Positions 45,019-57,087 of a stretch of 64,000 bases of DNA are shown piece by piece. A model generated the notes under the pieces. The model saw nothing but the letters and a program-made list of their open reading frames with translations. It was not told the origin of the DNA and did not search any database. The position numbers and the translations under genes are program-made. Each line of letters begins with the position of its first letter. The first letter of the stretch is position 1. Source of the stretch: Candidatus Poseidoniaceae archaeon (GTDB lineage: Archaea; Thermoplasmatota; Poseidoniia; Poseidoniales; Poseidoniaceae); assembly GCA_028822845.1 (NCBI GenBank), contig JAPKCS010000001.1, positions 68,416 to 132,415 on the forward strand, given 5' to 3'.

Positions 45019-45585
45019 ATGGAACCATCCTTGCCAGACCCGAACACGTTTGCAGCATTGGCAGTAGCTGTGCTTTTCGGCATTGTTGTTTGGGACGCTT
45101 ATTGGCTCACACGGCAACGCCTCGATGTTCCAACATTGGGTGAATTATCCAATGGAGGGTTTGCCTGGGAGAGCCAGGGCGCTCAGGAATTGATTCGGCA
45201 GTGGGGCAACCTCGGTTCAATGGCAGCGATGATGGTTTTGCCCTGGGGGCTCGTCGGTGCCTCAAACACAAGCCCCGCCTACGCCATCGCGTGGGATGTA
45301 TGCCTGACATTGCATTTGATTTCCCTTTTGATTCCAAAGCGATATGCGGTCACTCGAACCCATGCTTTTGCCGATGGGCAGCGGTACGATTGGCAACGAC
45401 TCCGCCTTGCAGGCCGCCAACCCGCTCGCAGAATTATGCTGCTCAGAAAGGGCTGGGGCATCTTTGGCCCATTGCCCCTCGGCGGAGTCCAAAACGATTT
45501 GACCATCGCACGTGAGCGCATCTCTATCGCCATCGACCATGCCGAACAATGGCCTCGGTTTGAATCCAAGAAGCAAGAGGAATGA
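45019..45585 (+). CDS. Membrane protein, unknown function
   Basis: GAGGTGG SD; about three TM segments and a basic C-terminal domain. Confidence 0.7.
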   Translation: MEPSLPDPNTFAALAVAVLFGIVVWDAYWLTRQRLDVPTLGELSNGGFAWESQGAQELIRQWGNLGSMAAMMVLPWGLVGASNTSPAYAIAWDVCLTLHLISLLIPKRYAVTRTHAFADGQRYDWQRLRLAGRQPARRIMLLRKGWGIFGPLPLGGVQNDLTIARERISIAIDHAEQWPRFESKKQEE

Positions 45586-45623
45586 GCGTTATGCTCAATA
45601 ATCGAGTTCGCTGTCAGTGATTC

Positions 45624-46052
45624 ATGGAATGGACACGAAGCAACGATGATTTATTTTTGGTGCTTGAACCAGGTGAAGAAATTCACGCCTCAATTCGTGC
45701 GCTTGCAGAAAAGTTGGACATCAAGGCCGCAGCGATCACAAGCGGTATTGGCCGCACCCGAATGAACGTTCACGGGTTCATGGATCACAAGCACATTTAC
45801 CACCGCTGGACTCAGGAAGAACCCTGCGAATTGGTCAGCCTCCAAGGCAACCTTGCACTCATGGAAGATGGAAGCCCATTTACCCACATTCACGCCACAT
45901 TCACCGACAACGACAACGTCGTCCATGCCGGGCACATGTTCGAAGCGACTGTTGAAGTTGTAGCAGAGATTCATTTGCGCATTCTTTCGAAAGCCATCAT
46001 GACCCGCTGCCCAATGGCGGACAGCGAATTCGTTGCTCTCAAATTTGATTGA
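45624..46052 (+). CDS. PPC/DUF296 domain protein
   Basis: 'LEPGEEI', 'SGIG', 'ELVSLQGN', 'HIHATF', 'AGH', 'AEI'. Confidence 0.9.
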   Translation: MEWTRSNDDLFLVLEPGEEIHASIRALAEKLDIKAAAITSGIGRTRMNVHGFMDHKHIYHRWTQEEPCELVSLQGNLALMEDGSPFTHIHATFTDNDNVVHAGHMFEATVEVVAEIHLRILSKAIMTRCPMADSEFVALKFD

Positions 46053-46097
46053 AGTGGCTACAGGCGATGCTTCAATAGGTCTGGACCATCTGTTTGA

Positions 46098-48299
<2,202 letters not shown>

Positions 48300-48370
48300 T
48301 TGACCTGCAAACGCAGTTTCTCCTTCCATCGAAGCGAAACCCTCTCATAGAGCACGGACAACCAAAACGC

Positions 48371-50911
48371 ATGTTCAACAAACCAGCATCGATTTTGTTG
48401 GTAACTTTGCTGTTGCTTTCAGCAATCCCTCTCACCGAAGGGAACTCTGCAGGAAAGTACAATCAAAGCGCAGGTTGCTCCTGCCATGCAACAAGTGGCA
48501 CGACCGCAGCGAGCGTGGCACTAAGCGGCCATCCAAGCAGTTACACTGCCGGCCAAACTTACACGCTTTCCATTGCCGTGACAGGCGGTGTTTCAGGAAA
48601 CGATGGCGGGTTCAGCCTCGATGTCAACAAAGGCAGTCTTTCTTCAGGAATAGGGTTTGCAGTCAATGTCGACAGCGCTGGAACAAGCGGGACCCATTCA
48701 ATCACGGGGAGCAGTCAACGGTCATGGAGCCTTGATTGGACAGCCCCTTCAACAGGCTCGGGCCAAGCAACGCTCAGCGTGGCTGGCTTGACGGCAGATG
48801 GGAACTCGCAAAACGGCGGCGATCGATGGGCAACTGCAGTCTATCAAGTTCCCGAAGCGGGTGCGGCCCCTAACACTCCACCGACTGCCAGCAACGTTGT
48901 GCTGGGCCCTTCTGGGGCAACGACCACCTCAACACTCTCACTTAGTTACACCTACTCCGACCAAGAGAACGATCCAGACTCTGGCACGACCATTGAATGG
49001 TTTAGGGACGGCAGCCTGCTTTCAAACACAGGTGGTACTGCAACGGCCTCCCCCTCGCTGACAAGCAAGCATCAAGAATGGTACGCAGTCGTGACCCCTT
49101 CCGATGGAGCAGATGCAGGTACAAGCGTGACGAGCAATCTGCTGATCATCGCGAATTCCGTGCCAACGATGTATCCTCCTTCCATCGCTCCGTCGTCACC
49201 AGAAAGTGCAGACAATCTCTCATTCTGGATAGGCAGCGCTATCATCGATAATGATCAAGACAATATCACGATCGAAACCCGTTGGTTGCTCGAAGGGGTT
49301 GTCGTTTCTGATTTGGATAACAGCGCGCAGGTTCCTTCGTATGCAACACGAGTTGGCGAGAACTGGTCAATGGAAGTTCGCGCCAGCGACGGTGAAGCTA
49401 CAACAGCATGGCAGACTTCTCAAACCGTCCAGATTGGTGGTGAAACGCCAAACACCCCACCATCGGTTTCATCAGCCATTGTAGGCCCGTCAAATCCTGT
49501 TACTGGAGATGATTTAGTGTTGACTTATGGCTTCACAGATGCCGACGGTGATGCCGAAACTCGCAGCGAGATGGAATGGTACCGAAACGGGGCAGTCGAT
49601 CCAGTGTTCAAGGGTTCGAGTGTGCCAGCGAGTTCCACTGCTAAAGGGCAATCATGGTTCGCCAAGGTCCGAGTGAACGATGGCGCAGCCTGGTCAGCAT
49701 GGATCTCTTCGAACACCGTCATCATCGGAAACACCCCGCCGGTTACCACCTCGATCCAACTGAGTCAGACCAGCATAACGACCCTTGAAGATGCAACGGT
49801 TCAGTTTTCACAAAGCGATGTCGACGGCGACCTTCGAGCGAATTCTCAAATCATTTGGCTCAAAGATGGCGTGCAAATCAATGCTCTTGACGACAGCACG
49901 ACGCTCTTTGCTCAGCACACCTCAAAAGGCGAGGTTTGGACTGTACAAGTGAGGGCTGGCGACGGAACTTCCCTGAGTGAGACCATGCTTGAGGCAGAAC
50001 TTTCCATCATCAACAGCGCCCCTTCGGTTGAACTGCTGCTGAGCGAATCACCTTCAATTCTCAATCCACTCGTCCTCACCACCACCACTGCAGATGTCGA
50101 CGGTGACCTCCCAACAACATCGATTCAGTGGTACAGAAATGGCTTCCTTGAAGCGTCTCTTTCGAATCAAACGACCGTTCCAGCAAACTTCCTCGGCCCG
50201 GGCCAGCAATGGTCGGTCGAGGTTTCTGTCCATGATGGCACAGAATTCGGAACGGCGGCTTATGGCGAAGTCTCGATTGCCAACCTCCCTCCAACCGCAT
50301 CGATTGAACAACAATCTCCATCGGTTTGGATTGGTGAGGTCGTCATTCTGGACGCCAGCACTTCCTCGGATGTTGACGGACAGGTTGTGTCCTATGTTTG
50401 GACATGGTCGGATGTCAACGGCGGTTCCGGTTCTGGGACAGGGGCCACGTTCACGCTGATTCCAACGGGTGGGGCTTCAGTCAACCTCTTGGTCACCGAC
50501 GACCTTGGTGCGACAGCAACCGCCAACCTACCGCTGATGCCAGTGCAAGGGCCAGTTGTCACCGAACTCGAAGCATCTGTTGATGGACAAACCGTCAATT
50601 TGGAATGGACCTATGATGGACCAAATGCCACCTTTAACATCGAACGAAATGGTGCAATCGTCGCCACAGTAGCGACACTGGAATATTCAGATGAGCCTTT
50701 GATTTCCGGGCAGACTTCTTACACAGTACGCCCAGTGATCGATGGGCTTTCATTGCAATCAGGGTCATCGGCCTCAACCGTTGTTGAAGTGATGCCGGCG
50801 GTCGAAACTGCGAACAGTCAAGTGTCTTTTAGCGGCTCAGTGATTGGATTTTTGTTGGTCTTCCTTGGTGCGGGTGCTCTCGGATTGGTCTTGTTTGAAA
50901 GGAGGGACTGA
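48371..50911 (+). CDS. Secreted Reeler/choice-of-anchor-V-like protein with repeated Ig-like/PKD domains and C-terminal anchor
   Basis: Signal peptide; 'GCSCH', 'YTAGQTYTLSI', 'GGFSL', 'WSLDWTAPS...G', about five 'NTPP...Y.YSD.D.D...W.R.G' repeats, PKD 'SSDVDGQVVSYVW', TM followed by ERRD. Confidence 0.8.
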   Translation: MFNKPASILLVTLLLLSAIPLTEGNSAGKYNQSAGCSCHATSGTTAASVALSGHPSSYTAGQTYTLSIAVTGGVSGNDGGFSLDVNKGSLSSGIGFAVNVDSAGTSGTHSITGSSQRSWSLDWTAPSTGSGQATLSVAGLTADGNSQNGGDRWATAVYQVPEAGAAPNTPPTASNVVLGPSGATTTSTLSLSYTYSDQENDPDSGTTIEWFRDGSLLSNTGGTATASPSLTSKHQEWYAVVTPSDGADAGTSVTSNLLIIANSVPTMYPPSIAPSSPESADNLSFWIGSAIIDNDQDNITIETRWLLEGVVVSDLDNSAQVPSYATRVGENWSMEVRASDGEATTAWQTSQTVQIGGETPNTPPSVSSAIVGPSNPVTGDDLVLTYGFTDADGDAETRSEMEWYRNGAVDPVFKGSSVPASSTAKGQSWFAKVRVNDGAAWSAWISSNTVIIGNTPPVTTSIQLSQTSITTLEDATVQFSQSDVDGDLRANSQIIWLKDGVQINALDDSTTLFAQHTSKGEVWTVQVRAGDGTSLSETMLEAELSIINSAPSVELLLSESPSILNPLVLTTTTADVDGDLPTTSIQWYRNGFLEASLSNQTTVPANFLGPGQQWSVEVSVHDGTEFGTAAYGEVSIANLPPTASIEQQSPSVWIGEVVILDASTSSDVDGQVVSYVWTWSDVNGGSGSGTGATFTLIPTGGASVNLLVTDDLGATATANLPLMPVQGPVVTELEASVDGQTVNLEWTYDGPNATFNIERNGAIVATVATLEYSDEPLISGQTSYTVRPVIDGLSLQSGSSASTVVEVMPAVETANSQVSFSGSVIGFLLVFLGAGALGLVLFERRD

Positions 50912-50912
50912 T

Positions 50913-52040
50913 GTGTTCCAACTCCGAGTAAAAGTCCTTCTTCTTCTGCTGGTTCTTCTTGGTTCCACAACCTTCGGAGCAGCTGAACCTGGTGGAAACG
51001 GGGACGGTCTTCGCGACATGCAATGCGGTGGGGCCTGCCATGGTGACGCTGGACAAAATGCGACGTCTTCGCTTTCTCTTTCCATTGAAACGCCTGAACA
51101 TGTGTGGGCCGGCCAGCCCACAGAAGTGACCATCGTCGTCGCGGGTGTTGATGTGAGCCATGACGAAGATTTGGTTGGCCTCTTCCTTTTGTCGAGTACA
51201 AATGCGAACGGAGACACGCCTCTATCGAATGGCTGGGAAATCCTCTCTGATGGCAGCGGAGGGACCGGTAATTACGTCGAACGCTCAACCGATGGCAGCG
51301 GCGCCTCGCTTCAACACACCTGGATCTTACGAGCAGATGCAATCGGGGAGCGGACCCTGTTCGCTTCAGTGCATCATGGTGATGCAACGGGCTCATCTCA
51401 AGGCCGGCCCTTTTTCGGAATCTCTGAAGCCTTTGTGATCAACATCGAACCGGTGCCTGAAGACCTCCCACGCTTGCACGAAGATTTCGTGCCACCCAGC
51501 ATGAGGGAAGTCGGCGAAGTGACGCTTGTCGAACTTCAGACCAAATTCACGGAAACGGTTGCCGTCGAATGGCAAACCGAAGATGGGGTGACCCTCGAAG
51601 CATCGGTGAACGCATCGGGAGAACAGGTGTGGGAATTCACGCTCCCTGCAACACTCAAACCCTCAAGCCTACAATGGCGTGCTACCTTCACCGGGCAAGG
51701 TCCTGAACAAACCACACCCTGGTTTACACTCGCTGCCCAAGTCACGCCGGCAGAAGTTGATGACCGGCCGATTTACATCCAAGGTCTCGCCATGGGCCTG
51801 CTTCTTTTCGGTGCTGTTGTGGCTTTACAAAAGCCTCGAACAAACTCAGAAGATCTTCTCAAAACCTTTGATCAAACAGTAGAAATCCAAACCATCCAAG
51901 CCGCAGATTCGGTGGTCGAGTCGACATCAGACGCTCCTGCACCGCTGCCAGAAGGGGGCTTGCCACCGGGTTGGACCGAAGAGCAGTGGGCTTGGTATGG
52001 GCATGAATACCTCGCCGGAACTTACGGAGGTGGCCAGTGA
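50913..52040 (+). CDS. Secreted Reeler-like protein with CGGACH motif, TM and Pro/Trp-rich cytoplasmic tail
   Basis: GGAGGG SD and GTG start; signal peptide; 'MQCGGACHG'; TM; tail 'PLPEGGLPPGWTEEQWAWYGHEYL'. Confidence 0.75.
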   Translation: MFQLRVKVLLLLLVLLGSTTFGAAEPGGNGDGLRDMQCGGACHGDAGQNATSSLSLSIETPEHVWAGQPTEVTIVVAGVDVSHDEDLVGLFLLSSTNANGDTPLSNGWEILSDGSGGTGNYVERSTDGSGASLQHTWILRADAIGERTLFASVHHGDATGSSQGRPFFGISEAFVINIEPVPEDLPRLHEDFVPPSMREVGEVTLVELQTKFTETVAVEWQTEDGVTLEASVNASGEQVWEFTLPATLKPSSLQWRATFTGQGPEQTTPWFTLAAQVTPAEVDDRPIYIQGLAMGLLLFGAVVALQKPRTNSEDLLKTFDQTVEIQTIQAADSVVESTSDAPAPLPEGGLPPGWTEEQWAWYGHEYLAGTYGGGQ

Positions 52041-52597
52041 TGGTCTCGTCCAATACGTTCCACGTCGTTGCGACCGAATTGGTGGTGGGGGCTTATTCTC
52101 TTGCAGGCATCGCCTTCGTGTTTTGTTTGGTTTGTCCGTGGTTGCCAACATCCCTCAAAGAAAAGCGATCAGCGGGCGACGCAGTTGCCCATTCCGCCCT
52201 CATGTTCGGCATCATTGCTACACCTTTTGCCATCTGGAGCGGGTTATCTTCTGCTCCTAGCGGGGACATGGGAAGCCCATTGCTGGCCAACAAAATGCTG
52301 CTTTCAATGAGCGGGCTCGGACTTGCTTTGGGCGCGCTGGTTGGCCGTTGGCGCATTGGGGCCGCGATTTGGGAGACGAAGCGATCGAGCATCATTCAAG
52401 CATGTTCGGGAGCGGGTGCAACAGGTCTGATGTTGCTTACAGCCTCAGCCGGTGGAAAGTTCTCACGAGGCGAGTCCTTGCTGGACTGGCTCCATCTACC
52501 CTACAATGAGGTTATGCTGATGCCAACATACCTCAGCGTAATCTTGCTTCTTCTCGGGCTTACTTGCACCGTGATTGGCTTCAGGCCTACCGATTAA
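52037..52597 (+). CDS. Multi-pass membrane protein (DUF2231-like topology)
   Basis: About five TMs; N-terminal 'FHVVATELVVG', late 'AGGKFSRG'; overlaps the upstream stop. Confidence 0.6.
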   Translation: MMVSSNTFHVVATELVVGAYSLAGIAFVFCLVCPWLPTSLKEKRSAGDAVAHSALMFGIIATPFAIWSGLSSAPSGDMGSPLLANKMLLSMSGLGLALGALVGRWRIGAAIWETKRSSIIQACSGAGATGLMLLTASAGGKFSRGESLLDWLHLPYNEVMLMPTYLSVILLLLGLTCTVIGFRPTD

Positions 52598-53388
52598 CTG
52601 TACATCGAGTTGCCCTGGGTCGATTCAGGTAAGTCAGCGCCATCCATCATCGATTTGATTTGAGCTTCGAGGAGTTCTGCTTCCTCAATAAGCGGCTGAT
52701 GAGGTAAATCAATAGCCGGCAGATAGGCATTCAGATGTTCGATAAGGGTTGCTGCTGCGCGAGCATCAGGGAAGCGAGGATCCGCTTCAACCATAATGGA
52801 CATGAGGTCCAAACCTCTTCGTCGTGCTTCGCTAAGAATCGCGGCGTTGATGCCCTTGATCACGCCTTGGTTCAGGAGCGGGATGCCCAATTCTTTGAGC
52901 ATTTCTCGGACCTTTGCATTGGCACCAATACCGACGACGTCGACGCCTTCGGTGTCATCGTATTCAACGGACGGTTCTGAACCATTGAGGTTGCCTTTCA
53001 TTCCTTCTTTGGCAAATGCATCGATGACGACACCCGCAACGATGTTATTTTCTTTTGACCATTCAAACATAGCCCAGACAATGTCGTGGATCAATGGTTC
53101 AGGAATCACAAGTTCGCTCATCAATAGAATGACCTGATCGCAGCCTTCAATGGTGCACTTAGGACTGCCTGCATAGGCGCGAATAACCGGCATTGGTTCA
53201 CCATCGTTGACGAGGGTAATCACCGGTAGACGGTTGTCGACAACAGCCCCAACGAATTCAAGGCCGAGGTGATCGATTAGAAAATGAGCTACCACGCTCG
53301 AAACCATGCCGATGCTTGGGAAGCACGCGACAACGAGTGCGTTTTCCGTGTTGACGTCCTTCGTGATGCGAACTTTTGCGCCTTCCAT
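52594..53388 (-). CDS. PAC2 family proteasome assembly chaperone
   Basis: 'ACFPSIGMVSSVVAHFLIDHL', 'PVIRAY', 'GVIKGI', 'FPDARAAA', 'LIEEAELLE'. Confidence 0.88.
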   Translation of the reverse strand: MEGAKVRITKDVNTENALVVACFPSIGMVSSVVAHFLIDHLGLEFVGAVVDNRLPVITLVNDGEPMPVIRAYAGSPKCTIEGCDQVILLMSELVIPEPLIHDIVWAMFEWSKENNIVAGVVIDAFAKEGMKGNLNGSEPSVEYDDTEGVDVVGIGANAKVREMLKELGIPLLNQGVIKGINAAILSEARRRGLDLMSIMVEADPRFPDARAAATLIEHLNAYLPAIDLPHQPLIEEAELLEAQIKSMMDGADLPESTQGNSMYS

Positions 53389-53478
53389 GCTTTCCTGACA
53401 AGCCCCCTTCTGTATCAACACTTTGCCTCCATTGGATGAGGCCGGTGGCTTCATGTTCGTTGAGGTCAAGCATATTCT

Positions 53479-54645
53479 ATGGCCGATGTAGCACGACCCC
53501 ACATGCTTTCTCCATCAGCCTGGAACCGTTACGAAACCTGCCCCCGTATGTACTGGTTGAGCCGGCAAGGCCTGCCAAGGAAAGCAGGTATGGCGGCATC
53601 AGTCGGAACCGCCGTCCACGCCTCAATTGAGGACCTCGTCAACCTTGACATCAGCGCAAAACCAGATGCCGAAAGCGGATGGATTGTTGCTGAGGCTGAG
53701 CGGGTACTGAAGGTACGCTGGGAGGAAGAGAAAGCCGTGTTCATGGCCACACCACGTCGGCCAAAATGGAAGGAAGAAAAGTGGAAGGACGCCTTACAAC
53801 ACCAACGCGGTGGTATCATCATGCTTCTCGACCACGTCGGCGTTCGGGGCCTCGATCACGAAAGAATTACCGCCGCATTGTGGCGAAGAATCCAATCCGC
53901 AGCAATCGCAGTGGAAGGTGAATTGAAAACGGCTGATGGTCGTTTGATGGGGCGTCTCGATTTGTTGATGACCGACCTTGACGAAGCAGGCCAACCCCAA
54001 GGGTGGCTGGTTGCAGATCTCAAGACCGGACGGATCCCTGAAGGCGAGTTGAAGGTTGATGTCAACCGTCAATTGCGGATGTATCGCGACATTCTCCTCT
54101 CCAATAACCCGGGTGCTCCACCGGTACGAACGGAAGGCTGGTACACACACGATTCGTCAAAGTGGGCTGCGGTCGGCGAGAGCGTTTTGGAAGACGCTTA
54201 TGCTGCTTGGCAGGCCACCATACCAACGCCCCTCCCCATGGAACCCACAGTGGGGGACGCCTCATGCGGCGGGTTCTGCGATTGGAAAGCATGGTGCCCA
54301 CATTGGTGGAATTGGCGGCATGAGAACGGAACGCTTCACAAAAGTGATTTCGCAGATGCCGTTGTCCTCCTCCAAGAATTCGATCCTTCTACTGGTGCTG
54401 CCGTGTTGGAGCTCTGCGAGCCGCTAAACAAAGATGGACGCGCCGTTCCAACAGGGGTGCATCAATCTGCTCGGTTTTCTGACCGTGGCAAAGAAGCCCT
54501 CCAAGAAACACTTGCAAGCGGGCACCAAGGAGCACTCTTCCTCGGATCCATCATGACGGCTCAACGGGTTTGGCGCGTTGGTCATTGGTGCGATGTTTTG
54601 CCCTGGAGCCCGATGCCGGACGGCGTTGAACACCACCGAACGTGA
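53479..54645 (+). CDS. PD-(D/E)XK RecB/Cas4-like nuclease with probable Fe-S cluster and C-terminal extension
   Basis: 'LSPSAWNRYETCPR', 'GTAVH', 'GRLDL', 'DLKTG', 'QLRMY', 'CGGFCDWKAWC'. Confidence 0.88.
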   Translation: MADVARPHMLSPSAWNRYETCPRMYWLSRQGLPRKAGMAASVGTAVHASIEDLVNLDISAKPDAESGWIVAEAERVLKVRWEEEKAVFMATPRRPKWKEEKWKDALQHQRGGIIMLLDHVGVRGLDHERITAALWRRIQSAAIAVEGELKTADGRLMGRLDLLMTDLDEAGQPQGWLVADLKTGRIPEGELKVDVNRQLRMYRDILLSNNPGAPPVRTEGWYTHDSSKWAAVGESVLEDAYAAWQATIPTPLPMEPTVGDASCGGFCDWKAWCPHWWNWRHENGTLHKSDFADAVVLLQEFDPSTGAAVLELCEPLNKDGRAVPTGVHQSARFSDRGKEALQETLASGHQGALFLGSIMTAQRVWRVGHWCDVLPWSPMPDGVEHHRT

Positions 54646-54697
54646 GAAGGAAGTGCATTCTCTAGCCATGGTTAACAAGCCATAGCAAGGCTTTGGT

Positions 54698-55519
54698 TCA
54701 CAGATTTCCAAGGTAGGTCCGAACGCGTTCTCTCGCATCATCGTCTTCGATGCCTTTGGGTGACAGCAGCCATTGGATGTAACGCGGATCTTCATTTTGA
54801 ACTTCGCTCAGGTGGCGTCCTTTGTGCCGGCCAAAGGCGAGCACCATATGTCCACCATCAATTCGAATTTTCCCAAGGTTGTCGACCGGTTCAAGGTCGG
54901 TTAAACCACGCCCAAGGTCCGAAGAGTCAGGGCTGGCAGCTCCGTGGACAGCCCAGCGTTCAATCTCTTCAACAGATTTGCGGAATGATGGTGCATGATC
55001 AACAGAGAGCCTCCAAAACAGAAGCAGCGATGCAGCAGCGTCAGCAGCAGCGGTGTGGGCGTTTTTGAGTTCAATTCCATGGCGCGTGCATTGCGGCCCA
55101 AGGCCGTGCGGCCGTCCGATTTTCAACCGGCGGACCAGTTCATAGGTGTCCATGATTGCTTTGGGTTTTGGTGCTTGTTTTCCGAGGCGGAGGTACTCGT
55201 TTTCCAACATTGACATGTCGAATTTCCGCACGTTATGACCGACGATGATTGCACCTTCGATGAGTTCGCTGACAGCGTCAGCGATGGTCGAAAAGTCCCC
55301 TTTTGAACGAACATCCGGATCGTAGATGCCATGAACGCCACTTGCTCCAGCGGGGATGGGGCGTCGGGGATTGACGAGTTGCTCATAATGAATTTCGGAC
55401 CCGTCAGGGTTGGCTCCGACCAGGGCTAACTGGACCACTCGGTCGTATTGAGTGGACACGCCAGTCGTCTCCAAATCGAAAGCGAGCACTCGCTCACCAG
55501 CCAAGAGGTCTGCGGCCAT
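54698..55519 (-). CDS. DEDDh 3'-5' exonuclease (DnaQ/ExoX-like) with C-terminal DUF3820-like module
   Basis: 'FDLETTG', 'GHNVRKFD', 'AHTAAADA', C-terminal 'FGRHKG...DPRYIQWLL'. Confidence 0.9.
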   Translation of the reverse strand: MAADLLAGERVLAFDLETTGVSTQYDRVVQLALVGANPDGSEIHYEQLVNPRRPIPAGASGVHGIYDPDVRSKGDFSTIADAVSELIEGAIIVGHNVRKFDMSMLENEYLRLGKQAPKPKAIMDTYELVRRLKIGRPHGLGPQCTRHGIELKNAHTAAADAAASLLLFWRLSVDHAPSFRKSVEEIERWAVHGAASPDSSDLGRGLTDLEPVDNLGKIRIDGGHMVLAFGRHKGRHLSEVQNEDPRYIQWLLSPKGIEDDDARERVRTYLGNL

Positions 55520-55680
55520 AGCAACACACTAACGCCGTCCCTCTTTCAACATCTCCCAACCATAGAGAAGAGGCCATGTTTGAACAGGCGGCAAACCACC
55601 GGGCACAAAGCATCGAAAAACTTGGATATTCAGACATCAAACGGCTGAAGATTTAACCCTCGGGCACCGAACACGCAGGT

Positions 55681-56997
55681 ATGAAAGGGGCAGATTTACC
55701 ACTCCAGTCTGTTTCAACACCCGTTGCTGGATTCCGTCGAATTGAATCTTTGGACGTGCTTCGAGGTGTGGCTTTGCTCGGTGTGCTTTTGCTCAACATT
55801 CTCGCATTTGGAATGGCCTCAGTCGGGTATTACAATCCATTTGTGGGGCTTGGCAATCATCCCGAACTAAATTACGCCGTTTGGGGCGGCGTCAATCTCT
55901 TTTTCGAGGGTTCGATGCGGGCCCTTTTCTCCTTGTTGTTTGGGGCAGGTATCGTGATGTTTACGACGGGTCTCGGCAGCAAGTCAGGTGTTGAAAAAAG
56001 CGGCTGGTTGCATTATCGCCGCACGTTCTTTTTGCTTCTCTTTGGGATCTTTGATGCCTATATCCTGCTATGGAAAGGCGATATTCTAATGCTTTACGCC
56101 GTTGCGGGGGCTTTGCTTTACCCATTGCGGCACGCACAACCAAAAACCTTGGTCACCCTTTCAGTCACCATTTTGTTTTGCTCTTCCTTGCTGTTCATCA
56201 CCGCTGGTGGAGTCATGATGGATGCAAGGGCTGCAGCAGATGTTGTTGAATCGGACCCTGACGGCAATCATTCTCAGGCTTTCCTCGATGAAGCAACCCT
56301 TTGGCACGAATCAGAAAATTCATTTGAATACAATGAAACGGCAGTCGACAAAGAACTTGACATTCGCAAAGGATCCTATGGAGAAGTTGCGGCCTATAAC
56401 GCAAAAGGCGTCAATGAGAATCTGCTGTTTTTCGCCCCTGTGTTCATGCTTTGGGATGTCATAGGAATGATGCTTCTTGGAATGGCAATGTATCGGAAGG
56501 GGATCTTGTCGGCAAAAGGTTCGCGTATGTTCTACATGCGGTTGACGGTGGGCGGCTTTGGCGTGGGCTTGCTCGTGAATGGGTATGAGTTGTATCAGGC
56601 GATTGATTCTGGATTTGATGCGATCGTGATATCGGGCTACTTTCAGGGCACCTACCAAGTTGGTCGAGTGTCCATGGCCATGGGCTGGTTAGGCCTCATC
56701 ATGCTGTTTTGCCAAAGCCAGATGCTCCCTTCACTGCGCCTCAGATTGTCAGCTGTCGGGCGCAGTGCTTTGAGCAATTACCTTCTCCATTCGCTGATTT
56801 GCCTGGTGCTGTTTACGGGCGCAGGATTCGGTTTAGTTGGCATGTTCGAGCGCTGGGAATTGTACCTCGTTGTCCTCGCAATCTGGGTGCTTCAGCTTCT
56901 TGTGAGTCCTTGGTGGTTGAACCGCTACGCCTTCGGCCCTGCAGAATGGCTTTGGCGTACGATGACCTATGGTACCAAGCAACGTTGGCGTGTGTAA
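55681..56997 (+). CDS. DUF418 (YeiB-like) membrane protein
   Basis: 'RIESLDVLRGVALLG', 'LFSLLFGAG', 'GDILMLYA', 'GRSALSNYL', 'GPAEWLWR'. Confidence 0.92.
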   Translation: MKGADLPLQSVSTPVAGFRRIESLDVLRGVALLGVLLLNILAFGMASVGYYNPFVGLGNHPELNYAVWGGVNLFFEGSMRALFSLLFGAGIVMFTTGLGSKSGVEKSGWLHYRRTFFLLLFGIFDAYILLWKGDILMLYAVAGALLYPLRHAQPKTLVTLSVTILFCSSLLFITAGGVMMDARAAADVVESDPDGNHSQAFLDEATLWHESENSFEYNETAVDKELDIRKGSYGEVAAYNAKGVNENLLFFAPVFMLWDVIGMMLLGMAMYRKGILSAKGSRMFYMRLTVGGFGVGLLVNGYELYQAIDSGFDAIVISGYFQGTYQVGRVSMAMGWLGLIMLFCQSQMLPSLRLRLSAVGRSALSNYLLHSLICLVLFTGAGFGLVGMFERWELYLVVLAIWVLQLLVSPWWLNRYAFGPAEWLWRTMTYGTKQRWRV

Positions 56998-57087
56998 GGT
57001 TGCGTCTTTTATCCACCTCTAGAACGGGGTGCACAAAGACATCTATGCCCCCAAGCGTTAGAAAGGGAAGCGGGCTCGACTTGAATA

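Noticed and set aside
53479-54645. CRISPR-associated Cas4
   Set aside because: No cas1/cas2 or array in the window; fits a solo PD-(D/E)XK nuclease.
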